Shown here one piece after another: positions 24,066 to 36,600 of a stretch of 64,000 bases of DNA. The stretch comes from Macrostomum lignano. Lineage: Eukaryota. Position 1 is the first letter of the stretch; each line of letters starts with the position of its first letter. Where the stretch lies: contig NIVC01001141.1 in the NCBI GenBank assembly GCA_002269645.1, forward strand, positions 62,001 through 126,000, in the 5' to 3' direction. A program made the translations under genes and the position numbers. The notes under the pieces were generated by a model. It did not search any database. It saw only the letters and a list, made by a program, of their open reading frames with translations, and was not told the DNA's origin.

Positions 24066-25961
24066 GCCCTTTTGACTGTCGCCCTTTTAACTGTCGTTCT
24101 TTTGATCGGTTCCCATACAGACAATTAAGTATAAACAAACTAAGCCTATAACAAACTGTTTCCTATGCACACTTTAATCAACTACCAATAAGGGCATAAG
24201 GCCTAGGTAAGGCCTAATCAACCACTTAATATTTATAGTAGTTAATAACTTAATAATAAGTCTCTGGAGCGTTATGGTCATTCAAGCATACAAACCTTAG
24301 AGATTTAGTATATTTCAGATTATCCAAAGGATAATACCAAAGGAGGGAAAAGAAGGGCCCCAAAAGGGAAAGGGCCACGCGCGGGATCAGAGAAGGAACT
24401 TGGAAGCACTTTCGGTCATCGAGGAGGGGAGCAGGGGGGGGGTCACGCAGGGGGGGGGGGGCTCTACCACACTTATCTTTTTATCTTTACGTGATCAAAT
24501 CTAACTTTTATGCAATTTCAAATCCTCGCGTTTCTAAGAAAAACATTTTGTTTTAATACATGTCATTTTCTAAATATTTTCGTATTTATTTTAAATGAAC
24601 TGATATTTTAGTATTACAAATAGACGCGATTTTGGGCAAGTAGAAGATAACTTGTTTCGAGCTTCGAATCAGCCTTTAGCCTTTACTGGCTAGTTGAGCA
24701 AATCTATTAGAAGTTCCGAGTAAATATTTGAGAAGTGATTCCGACTTCGTAATTTTCCGAGAGTGATGTAGAAGGAGCATATATCGTATTGTAGAAAAGC
24801 GAATTGAAAGGGAAACGAAGTAGATCCCAGACCATATACTTCACCTTCGAGTATCAGAGGCCGTGACCCTTTAATCTCGGTAATCGCGGACTGGAAGGAT
24901 CATACGTGCATGCAGTAAATATATCAGTAGAGTACATAGTACCGCTCGTCCGCTCGATCGGGCCAGATTTACATTGAACGCTACCATTACAGAATAGGAA
25001 CGCTACCAATAAAGTACATCAAATACGCAGATATATAATCAGACTCAGACAGATACTCCATACATATACTCAGAAAATTACTCAGATATATACTAGAATA
25101 AATACGCAGACCGATTCTAAGAAAATTTGGTGGCAGCTTTTAGGATTTAAGAGAGAAGTAGATCCCTACATATAGGACAGCCAAGGACCACGTATATAGC
25201 TATTATACAGTGGTCTTTGAGCAGCCCAGCTTGGTGGCTTAGCAGTGGGAAGGAGATAGAATTAGAGAATCCCTAGCTAGCACAGCAATTGGTGGCATTA
25301 TAGTGGAATTTTAGAGGACAGAGGCAACCCGGCCCTACGACAACTTTGTGTCAGCAGTAGTAGTAGTAGTCAGCAACATTTAAAAGTCTCCACCCTTTGC
25401 CCCATGCAGTGAGCAGTCTCTTTCGATCAGCGTCTATCACCTGGCCAAAACCATTTTGATAATTATGAAAACCGGGCGGAACTGCTTCAATCCCTCGCCC
25501 TCGCTCTTCCCAATCCCTCCTCACCCAGCCCAACTCTGCGTCGCGTGGCGCAAGTTGCGTCACTCAAACTGTTTTCACTGCTTTAAGTTGTCCCATGGGT
25601 TTTATATTTACGACAAGGGTTCCACCAAATACACGCCCAGAGTTAAAGGAGTCCCACAATTGCATGTTTGATGCCTTAACTTTTTCGCTCTTTCCATCTA
25701 ATTTTTTTACATTTTGTTCCACTGTTATTGTGATTTCCATGTCCAAATCATAAATCACACGAGCGCGCGATTTCACGACAAAGTAACAAAGACCGTTTTT
25801 AGTAATTTGACCACGCGAAGCCGCTGAATGCAATTAACCTTCTGGATTATGCTGGCTATTGAAAGTTATATTTTAAGTTGACTTATATTGGCATCAAATA
25901 ACAGTGGCATCAAAGCCTGATGTATATCGATAACAGAAAAACCTGTAGTAGAAAAAAGCAA

Positions 25962-26739
25962 TCAGGAATGAATGTCTTGAAGCATCGAGTCGACAGGCCC
26001 GCAACCCAGAGCTGTTCCGTCACTATTGTTGTCACTCTGTATGCTCTTGCTATAGCACCGCTTCAAGCTGGCACCCCGACGATCATCGGGGTGGCGTCGC
26101 CTCCTGCAACAGAGGGCCAAAAGTAGCGCGAGAGACAGCGCCAATGTGATGCCGCCAACTGTGACTGACACCAGCACCGCGTGACTGGCGGAATGCTTCT
26201 CAGGAATGCAGCCCGTCTGTGCCCTTAGCTGCGGGGGACTGCGGCAGTCCTTTGAGTTGCCACTTAAGGAGCCATTGTACACCACAGTGCCGTTAGCTGC
26301 AGGAGTTGTTGTTTTTTCAGCAGTTGAAGCTCAATAAAAGACTAAGAAAAGCAAGCCCTACAACTATAGCTCGTATAAGGGACTTTTAGCGGCATTTTTT
26401 GCAAATTATTTACTTCTATGCTCATTAAACTGTGTCCATATTTTCACGCAATCGGAACTCATGATAATACAGACAGCCTTCATCTGTGCTGCTGGTTTGG
26501 CAGTGCGAGCAGTGAAGATGGTTGGTGAACGAGAGTCCGACGACCTTTGAGATGGTCAGAAAACCGTTTTAGCCGACGAGAGATATGAAAAAACTCACGA
26601 AAATACAAACAGCTCAGAACTTGAGCTGCCTCAGCTAACTTACTTTGGCACCGTATGCTCTGCAATTAAAGTTGCAAGCAAAGTCGAGGCTTCTGAACTC
26701 GTGCATAGCGAAGCCTGACGAGTTGCTCACGGAACTCAG
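25962..26739 (-). CDS. 3' exons of a putative single-pass (type I) membrane protein with a Cys-rich, WSC-like ectodomain; exons 26739-26644, 26544-26448, 26296-25962
   Basis: Phases are consistent (0-0, 0-1, 1-stop). Spliced product includes ACNFNCRAYGAK|VVGLSFTNHLHCSHC, NGT/NGS sequons, and TM AVLVSVTVGGITLALSLALLLALCC followed by RRRR. The 26447 donor (gtgaaa) is weak, and no 5' exons were found. Confidence 0.45.
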
Positions 26740-26849
26740 CTGCAAGTGGTTTGATTCGCTTTCATAAATTGAATTCATAAAATTCATAAAAAGATAGTAA
26801 ATCTGGCATAAAGTGTATTATGCAAATGGGTTGGTTCTCCTATCAGCGG

Positions 26850-26856
26850 CTTGTAA

Positions 26857-26938
<82 letters not shown>

Positions 26939-27090
26939 GCTCTCGCGCCACGACTTCCTGGTTCGATTCCATTCACGGCCCACATTGGCCGGAGGGTTGT
27001 CGTGCGATTCACACCCATGAGGGCCAACTCCCAAAGCATGGAGTGTGCAGCTGCACCGCTTCAATATTCGCGTGTAGGCTCGTTTCAGCC
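26850..27090 (+). mobile_element. (CT)n tract (26850-26935) running into a SINE family 2 copy
   Basis: GGTTCGATTCC B box, then TTGGCCGGAGGGTTGTCGTGCGATT..CATGAGGGCCAACTCCCAAAGCA, homologous to the ~5020-5140 copy. Confidence 0.65.
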
Positions 27091-27277
27091 CACGTGCGGT
27101 TCACTTTATTTGTGCACTGATTCAGTTAATTTGCATTTTTAAGTCTAATAGTGTTTTATCGACTCACACCGAGTGTACATACTTACCGTACGCTATCTAA
27201 CCACCTGTCTACTCTCTCTCCCTTCTAACCCCGCCTATTTAAAAACTTTTACAACGCCACTTGTCGCTACTTTTCAC

Positions 27278-27319
27278 TTGCCCTGACGAAGAAATATAAT
27301 AATTTCGAAATATCGGCAA
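27278..27319 (+). ncRNA. Minimal type I hammerhead ribozyme, copy 1 (predicted cleavage after C27314)
   Basis: TTGCC-CTGACGA-A-GAAAT ataata ATTTC-GAAA-TAT-C-GGCAA: helix I TTGCC/GGCAA, core CUGACGA and GAAA, 5-bp stem II, palindromic ATAT in place of helix III, AUC cleavage triplet. Confidence 0.8.
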
Positions 27320-27548
27320 CTCAACTTAACTGACTTTATTCAGTCCTTTCTACCGTGTCAGTGCCTGAGATTGGAGGTGCCCACCTCTCTCTCTCTCTCC
27401 CTCTCTCTGGCTCTCTCTGGCTCTCTCTCTCTCTCTGGCTCTCTCTCTCTCTCCCTCTCTCTGGCTCTCTCTGGCTCTCTCTCTCTCTCTCTCTTTCTGT
27501 CTCTATCTTTCTCTCTCTCTTTCTCTCTCTCTCTTTCTCTCTCTCTCT

Positions 27549-27616
<68 letters not shown>

Positions 27617-27646
27617 CTCTCTCCCTCTGACTCTCTCTCTCTCTCT

Positions 27647-27726
<80 letters not shown>

Positions 27727-27771
27727 CTCTCTCTCTCTGGCTCTCTCTCTCTCTCTCTCTCTCTCTCTGGC

Positions 27772-27909
<138 letters not shown>

Positions 27910-28009
27910 TTCTGTCTCTCTCTTTCTCTCTCTCTTTCTCTCTCTGGCTCTCTCTGGCTCTCTCTGGCTCTCTCTCTCTCTCTCTATCTCTCTCTCTTTC
28001 TCTCTCTCT

Positions 28010-28151
<142 letters not shown>

Positions 28152-28154
28152 TAC

Positions 28155-28191
28155 AGCCCTGACGAAGAAATTTAATTTCGAAATATCGGCT
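28155..28191 (+). ncRNA. Minimal type I hammerhead ribozyme, copy 2 (cleavage after C28187)
   Basis: AGCC-CTGACGA-A-GAAAT tta ATTTC-GAAA-TAT-C-GGCT. Helix I shows a compensatory T-A to A-T change relative to copy 1. Confidence 0.8.
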
Positions 28192-28302
28192 ACTCAATTT
28201 AAATTGACTTTTTTCAGTCCTTTCTGACTTTCTACCGTGTCAGTGCCCGGGATTGGAGGCGCCCTCCTCTCTCTCTCTCTCTCTCTCTGGCTCTCTCTCT
28301 CT

Positions 28303-28336
<34 letters not shown>

Positions 28337-28337
28337 C

Positions 28338-28472
<135 letters not shown>

Positions 28473-28528
28473 TTCTGTCTCTCTCTTTCTCTCTCTCTTT
28501 CTCTCTCTGGCTCTCTCTGGCTCTCTCT

Positions 28529-28608
<80 letters not shown>

Positions 28609-28611
28609 TAC

Positions 28612-28648
28612 AGCCCTGACGAAGAAATTTAATTTCGAAATATCGGCT
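28612..28648 (+). ncRNA. Minimal type I hammerhead ribozyme, copy 3 (cleavage after C28644)
   Basis: Identical to copy 2, 457 bp downstream. Confidence 0.8.
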
Positions 28649-28753
28649 ACTCAATTTAAATTGACTTTTTTCAGTCCTTTCTGACTTTCTACCGTGTCAG
28701 TGCCCGGGATTGGAGGCGCCCTCCTCTCTCTCTCTCTCTCCCTCTCTCTCTCT

Positions 28754-28803
<50 letters not shown>

Positions 28804-28839
28804 CTTTCTCTCTCTCTTTCTCTCTCTGGCTCTCTCTGG

Positions 28840-28883
<44 letters not shown>

Positions 28884-28900
28884 TTCTCTCTCATCTCTGG

Positions 28901-28969
<69 letters not shown>

Positions 28970-28977
28970 CTCTCTCT

Positions 28978-29029
<52 letters not shown>

Positions 29030-29130
29030 CTCTCGCCCTCAGACTTCCTGGTACTATTCCGTGCAAGGCCAGCATTAATTTTGGCCAACTCCCAAGGCAC
29101 AGACAGAGTGTACTCGACTAGAAGCCCCTC

Positions 29131-31987
29131 CCTCTGCAGTTTGGGGCCCTGGAGGATCTGGTCGTTCAATCTGGCAGCCGATGCATCAAAGACTATCCGC
29201 ACTTTTGTTGTAGCCTTGTCTGGCCGCAGCACTGGGAAGTGCGGCAGGAAACAGCGGCCTTCAGTCTCAGCTTGCGACACTTTTCGGATATACCCTTGCT
29301 GTTCATACTTTTCAAGGATCTCCTGATACTGCTTGCAGACGTTCATATCCTTAATCAGCCGCTGTTCGGTGTTCTTTAGTCGCTTCAAGGCCATTGAGAA
29401 AGTGCCTGCTGGAGCCAGCCGATCCTTTTTCCATGGAATCCCGATCTGGTAACGGCCCTTCGTGTACTTTAGCGACGACTTGGCTTGCTGGACGGCTCTC
29501 TCCTCATCGGCGGTCAGCGGACTTCGATTGGCACCTTCTGAGACGTTCTCGATCTCCCAAAACTGCCGCAGGATCTTAGCCACCTGACCAGATTCGGAAT
29601 CGCAGCTGAAGAAAGTGGCAGCAAAATGGGCGTTCTGCATCTCAGAATTGTCCTGCTCTGTGCGACCGATGCACGTCCAACCCAGGGGAGTCAGGCGCGC
29701 CTTTGGCTCCAGCGGCTGTCCGACGATTTCTTTGAGAGACACGTGAAGATCCGGGTGATCAGCACCAATCAGCAAGTCCACTACTGCAGGCTCACACAGC
29801 TTCGGAAACGGCACATTTCTCAGATGAGGCCACTGCTGCGCTTCTTCGTGCCAGTCGACGCCTTTGAGGGACCCAGTCACGTGATCAGCGGTGAAGGCGA
29901 CGATCATTGAGCTGGTCTGACCATCCAGACTTTCCAAGCTAAAGCAGACTGGGGCTGTCATGAAGGTCTCTGTTTGGCCATTGATGACTCCGACTTTCAC
30001 CTTTTCGAGCGCTCCATGCACTCCAAGCGCTTCTGCTATCCCGATGTTGACGTAGCTCCTGGTACTGGCATCGTCGAGCAAGGCATTCACCTTCAGCTTC
30101 CGGGACCCGTTCCGTAGGACTACAGGTACCGTTCGTAGCGAGATTGCCGTTTCACCAGCCGACAGAAGCGTCACCGGTCCAGTCTTTCCTGAACTGGAAG
30201 CGGATTTAGCGTCCTTGGATGCAGTCTGCTTCGCTTCACCAGACTTGGCCAACACTTTTTCTGCATGAAGCAGGCGATGATGGAACTTTGTGCAGCTGCT
30301 GATGCCGCACCGACGACCACGCCGACATTGGCTGCCAAGATGTCCTTGGCCCAAGCACCGGAAACAACACTTCGAGCTCTGCGCCGCGTCCCAGCGTTTT
30401 TCCACCGGAAGCTCCTTGAACTCACTGCAGGACCACAGCTCGTGATCACCTTGACAAACAATGCAAATCTTTCGCTGTACCTTCTTGTCACTGTCCGTAG
30501 TAACGAAAGTCTTTGGTCGCTGCTCTCGCTTTTGACGCTCCTGCTGCATGGTGGCAACGCCCTGCACAATCTCTGACGCTTCAGTCTGAAACTCTGCTTC
30601 TTGCAGCACCCAAATTCTCAGATTTCTAACACTCTCCGGCTTCCGCTGCTCAAAGATCCACCTCCGGTAGCTGGCAACCATCTGCTCAGGCAACTTTTTC
30701 TGCAGCCTCACATACAACATCCCATCTTGAAGCTCTGCCTCTTTACCCGCATCCTCAAGGTTAACGACAGCCACATCCAGTAGATTAGCAAAGCTTTTCA
30801 GATCCTTGGCGTTTCCATTTCGCACGATCGGGAAGCTGTCCAGCTCTTCCAAGTGCAGAGCAAGTTGCCTACGCTGTCCACCAAATTCTCTCTCTAATCT
30901 CTCTTTTGCAGCTTCATATGCCGCAGCAGAGTGTCCTAGATGTTCTATAACCTTCAAAGCTTCACCGCTGAGGTACTGCCTAAGCTGCAGCAACTTGAAT
31001 TCTGGTGTTGCAGGGGCGCTGTCGATGCACGCAACAAAGGCTGCCTTCCAGTTTTCATACTTCTGCTTTTCTCCACTAAACGTTGGGATTTCAACACGCT
31101 TCAGCATCTTCCACAAATCCTTTGAAAGCTCCTTCGGGTTGGATCCTTTGCTGGACGCAGCACTGCCAGAAAGTTTGTGTAACTCACCAGCTGCTTCTTC
31201 TTGGTCACCCGCAGCGTTCTCACCGCTTGAGCTCGCGGCAGGAGGAGCTTCTTTGGCGCGCTGCAATCTCCGGTTTCTGGCGCTTTCGACGCGCTGCATG
31301 GCAGCTTGGCAGTCGCGCTCCGTCTCCTCCATTTCGTCTAGTAGGCGCTGTCGCCTCTCGTTGTCCTTGGCGTCGGCGTAGCCTTCATGCAGTTCTTCCT
31401 GGATGGCGCTGACCAGATCTTGCAGGTCTGACAGAGCGTCACAGGCAACTTGCACTTCGTCATCAGAGGCGTGCGTCTTTAACAGCCAAGACAGCTTGTT
31501 TTTGCAACGAGTGAACGCTGCTTTTTTTCGGGATTTCTCGAAGCGCAGCTTCTCTAAACGTAGGGCGCCGGCATCGTCTTGGGCTTCCTGCTGCTGCTGC
31601 TCATTGGCGTCGTCACTGTCCATCCTGGTCCTTCGTTTCACAGTAGGGTTCTATTGCTTGCCACGTCAGTGGTAAGTTAGGCTTGTCCAACCACGCTCTG
31701 CTACCAAAATGTACTGTAGAAATGAAAAGACCGATGGTCCGCCAATAACTATTTTGGAGCTGAGGCTCAAGCGAGACGCTAACAAAACGAAAAGCGTAAA
31801 CCGTACACAGGGCTAATAAGCCCTCTCGATGATATATTTATTGCAGTCAGTCAGAATCAGCCAGCGTGGAGGGGGGTGGGTGAGATGGGCCTGGGCTAAA
31901 TCAGCGTACATAGAAAATTGAATAATAAACACGTACATTAAATCACGCAGTGGAATTGGAAAGAAAATCAATGCTACTAATCTACCT
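29131..31987 (-). mobile_element. Partial BEL/Pao copy: 5' LTR (31710-31987, lacking first 8 nt), PBS (31689-31706), gag-protease and start of RT, truncated at 29131
   Basis: Matches 37565-40420 (offset 8433-8434). The ORF reads intact through QQGYIRKV..GPKLQR and then runs into SINE and microsatellite sequence. Confidence 0.92.
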
Positions 31988-33687
31988 TGTACTATTCCGT
32001 GCAAGGCCAGCATTAATTTTGGCCAACTCCCAAGGCACAGACAGAGTGTACTCGACTAGAAGCCCCTCAGGGCTGCTGTACACCCTGTGTGAGCGCGTGC
32101 CTGCGTACAGTATCCGCGCGTGTGTGCATGCATTTGATCAGGAGCCTTCAAATACTGAGCCCAAAATTTAAGCGCATTGTTTTGAAATGGTATATTCTCT
32201 CTCTATATCAGTGGTACTTGTGATAAATTGGAAAAAAGTTCTCAAATTGCACTCAGAGCCATGAAGTCGAGGCTACAGCAGCGCCAAATGCTCTCACGTA
32301 TGTCGGCAGCTCCACGTGAGCTTTCAGGCTGTGGCTCAGTGAGTCCAGACAGACCAGGCGAACCAGCAGGCGCCACAGCTTCCATTTCGGCGGCGCTGGT
32401 GGGGACGGAAGAAAACATGACCAACAATTTGATTGCCCCGTGAGTGGTTGCCGTGGCGGCAGAAAAGCAAGTGCACCGGAGTCCTCCAAGCTTCAGAAAT
32501 ATTCTTTTCCTCTTCGCTCGACTTCCCATATGCGACTGTGGGAAAGGTGGGAGGGTATGGCTGAAAAGTACGAGTATGCTCTCTCGTGAATTGAGGTAAA
32601 TGATGAGGCAAATTGTCCCTTTGCCCAGGCACTTGCACAAGAACTGGTCACCGTGGTGTGGCACAGGTGTCAATCAGGCCCTGACACTGGCACATGTGTG
32701 ACCTGGTCACCATGGTGTGGCACAGGTGTCAATCAGGCTCTGACACTGGCACATGTGTGACCTGGTCACCATGGTGTGGCACAGGTGTCAATCAGGCCCT
32801 GACACTGGCACATGTGTGACCTGGTCACCATGGTGTGGCACAGGTATCAATCAGGCCCTGACACTGGCACATGTGTGACCTGGTCACCGTGGTGTGGCAC
32901 AGGTGTCAATCAGGCCCTGACACTGGCACATGTGTGACCTGGTCACCATGGTGTGGCACAGGTATCAATCAGGCCCTGACACTGGCACATGTGTGACCTG
33001 GTCACCATGGTGTGGCACAGGTATCAATCAGGCCCTGACACTGGCACATGTGTGACCTGGTCACCATGGTGTGGCACAGGCGTCAATCTGGCCCTGACAC
33101 TGGCAAATGTGTGACCTGGTTGCCAGCACTGGCACAAAGGAAAGGAAAACAGACTTCCTGACGTACACAAGGGTAACTCATGCACCATGATCCAATGACT
33201 TACCTGTTGCTATAAAAACAGCGAAGCAGCAGATAAAAGTTGCTTTGGCAAAGAACAGTCTCAGTTGAAGCGCCATTGCAAACAGGTTGCTATTGAAGCA
33301 GGTCCTTGTGGTCGCACAGCCTTGTGGTTGCTGCTGTATTTATCCTGGAGGCATCCCGCGCCCTCCCACGCGGACCAAGGACTTAAAATCAGAAGTGGGG
33401 CACTCTAATGGGACTTGGCGGTTTGCGTGTATTTTTGCTCTTAAAATACTAAGACAAAAGCAACCCCTCGTCTTCCTTAGGATCGACTACCGTTTAAAGC
33501 AGAACGAATTAACGGCTGTTTGCGCAGGCCACAGCATGACGCATCTTAGGGCCGATTTCTCAATCCCTGTTTACCACAGCAATGACTAATTTTGCAGTTT
33601 GCTTGCAGTTGTACGAGCATGGTCCAACTGAGCTAATATACAGTTCGGCACACGTCATTCCAATACTGAATGCAGTCCAAGCGAGTC
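31988..33687. repeat. Segment U (SINE family 2 body, unique DNA, 59-bp minisatellite with 8 units at 32644-33115), repeated at 40421-42475 with 14 units (41078-41903)
   Basis: ORF pairs 32228/40661 and 33287/42075. CTGGTCACC recurs with period 59. The length difference of 355 bp equals 6x59+1. Confidence 0.93.
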
Positions 33688-36600
33688 TGTACTGTAGAAA
33701 TGAAAAGACCGATGGTCCGCCAATAACTATTTTGGAGCTGAGGCTCAAGCGAGACGCTAACAAAACGAAAAGCGTAAACCGTACACAGGGCTAATAAGCC
33801 CTCTCGATGATATATTTATTGCAGTCAGTCAGAATCAGCCAGCGTGGAGGGGGGTGGGTGAGATGGGCCTGGGCTAAATCAGCGTACATAGAAAATTGAA
33901 TAATAAACACGTACATTAAATCACGCAGTGGAATTGGAAAGAAAATCAATGCTACTAATCTACCTCCCAAACATACCCCCCACCTTGGCATAACAATGAC
34001 AAAAACTATTCGAGGGATGAAACAATGAAAACGAATACGGTAATAGGAAAATATTCGAAAACGATGCGTGATACAAAATCGAACTCAAAAAGCAAAAAAA
34101 CAACGTTGCATGAAACATTGATGGCGACATTGTGAATGGTAGAAAAATAGAGCAAAAGGTGAAGATAAGTACGCAGATCGTAGATGACAATCGAAAATTT
34201 TGCAGAAGTACGTCAGCTATCATAAAAATTTCAAAATTGAACACGAACGCAGACTTCCGCCACCAAACGCAACTGAAACAAAAACTGAAACAACAATTGT
34301 AAGCATTGGGCTATCAAAAGGTCGGAACTGGCGCATAAACTATGGTACTTCTAAGCGCAGAAAATCAAGCAATATTAAGTAGAGCTCAAATAATGCAAAC
34401 ATCGCTCGTAAAAAACTCAAAAAACGCAAAAGACAAACTTGCCGACAAATTCACTAAACCGTAACGACTGCTATTCAGCAAAAATTCACGCAAGAAAATA
34501 AATAGCTAAATAATGAATGTTAATCGCGTTGAACACTGAAAGCGAAAATTGGGTTAAGACGGCAAAAACAGGGTGATTCCTATTAGCATGAAAGGGAAAG
34601 AAGACTTTACGAACAATGCAACAAACAGGAAAATTGAACAACTCATCAGAAAAATTGCGAAACCTGACAAAGTCTAATTCTCTAGCAAAGGTTCGCAAAC
34701 TAACCTGCAGATATTGGACACAACTTTGTTATTGGTCTCGTCATTGTGCGATCACCGACTCTGATTGAGGCGACTCTCACGTGACCGTCCGAACCGCGCA
34801 TGACCTCCAGCACGCGAGCCAGCGGCCAGTGACCCCGAGGCGAGTCCGGGCTCACCAGCAGCGCCACGTCTCCAGGTTGTAGGTCAGGCAGCTCGCGGCG
34901 CCACTTGCTCCGCGGTGCGAGTCCCGGCAGCCACTCGCGCAACCACCGGCGCCAGATCTGCGACACCAGCTGCTGGACGTGACGCCATCTTCTTGAAGGA
35001 CTGCGGGCGATGGCAGCGTCGACCTCCGGTGCAAACTTCCCGCCGACTTGCCCGATGAGGAAGTGATTCGGCGTCAGCGGCACATCATCACTCGGATGCG
35101 CCGTCTGGTACGTCAACGGCCTTGAATTCAGAAGTGCCTCCGCTCCAGCAAACGCGCTTAGCAGCTCCTCATCCGTGACGTCCGCCTCCTTCAGAATTGC
35201 CCAGATTGCCTTCTTCGCTGCTTTGATCATGATTTCGTGCACCCCACCGAAGTGCGGCGCAGCGGGCGGGTTGAAATGCCATCGCAACTGCTGAGAAGCC
35301 GTTCGCTGTTGAAGCTTCTGGGTATCCAAGACGTCGACTAGTTCTCGAAGCTCGCGCGCCGCACCGACGAAGTTCGTGCCGTTGTCCGAGAACAGCTCGA
35401 TCGGTTGGCCTCGTCGACTGATCATCCGCTGTAGAGTCCGTAGGAAGGAATCGGTATCCATGCCGAATGCCACTTCCAGATGTACAGCTCGCGTTGCCAA
35501 GCAGGTGAACAATGCCAGGTACCTTTTCTGCCGAGCCTTGCCACGGCCCTGCTTAGTGATGAATGGACCGGCAAAGTCGACAGCGACACGAGCGAAGGCA
35601 CGAAGCGGCTCCTTGAATCGGCAAGCGGGCAAGGGGGCCATAATCTGGCTGGCTGGTCTGGCTTTCCGTCGGCGACATTCGGCGCACTTTGCTTCCCAAG
35701 ACTTAATGGCTTCTCTGGCCGAGACGATCCAAAATCGGTTTGACAGTGCCACCAGAGTTTGGTTTGTGCCTAGATGTTGGACACTTTCGTGGTGATGCTT
35801 CACGATGAGCTCCGTCACGCGGTGTGATCGTGGCAGAATGATAGGAAATCGAGTGCTAAACGGTAGCACATCGGCGAACTTTAGTCTCCCATCAGCGCAA
35901 AGCAGGTCGTTGACGTCGAGCTTCGGGTTCAGGTTAGAAATCACACTGCGTCCCGGCAACTGCTTTCCTGCTCGCAGACAAGCGATCTCTTCCGCAAACG
36001 TTTCTTGCTGGGCTCTCTGGATGATCTTCGATTCAGCTGCTTCAATCTCTGCTGGTGATAGCTCGCCAGTATCTCGGTGCTCCATCAAACGGCAGTTGTT
36101 AGCGAACCTGGCCACCCAAGCGTGAACACGGACAGCTCTGATCCAGCTGGAGAAGCGCTCTGGCTCCAGTCGATGATTGCGCTCTAGCACATCGGTGACA
36201 TACGTTCTCTGGCTCTCACCGGCCGGCGACTGATCCTCGCATCTGCGTCTCTCTTTTACCTGCTCAGGAACCTGCACTTTGTTCTTTGGCCAATTCTCTG
36301 CCTCTTCTAAGAGAAACTGAGGTCCATGCCACCACAACTGGCTAGCCGCCACTGCCTTGATCGATAGTCCTCGAGAGAGCAGATCTGCTGGATTCTTTTC
36401 CGTCGAAACATATCTCCACTGGTTCGGCTCTGTTGAAGCTTGGATCTCGCCCACTCGAGAGGAGACAAACGGCTTGAACATTTTTCCTCGGCCACGAATC
36501 CAGTACAACACGTTTAAGCTGTCAGACCAAAAAACTGCGTCACGAAGCGGCACTTGCAATGACTGCGCGACTTTGCTTGCGAGTTGGACTCCCAGAACTG

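Noticed and set aside
24340-25330. Possible gypsy LTR remnant (G-rich PPT-like run ~24420-24460, TGGTGGCAGC at ~25127)
   Set aside because: No TG..CA boundaries, second LTR or coding domain could be identified.
26714-26740. CTGACGA as a fourth hammerhead
   Set aside because: No GAAA follows the stem, and it lies antisense to a predicted exon.
32644-33115. CRISPR-like arrays (59-, 67-, 50-, 41-bp periodic repeats)
   Set aside because: Units are contiguous with no unique spacers, there are no cas genes, and the context is eukaryotic.
33960-34698. env-like ORF in the Pao 3' region
   Set aside because: Short hydrophobic ORFs arise from T-rich untranslated sequence, with no signal/TM organisation of adequate length.
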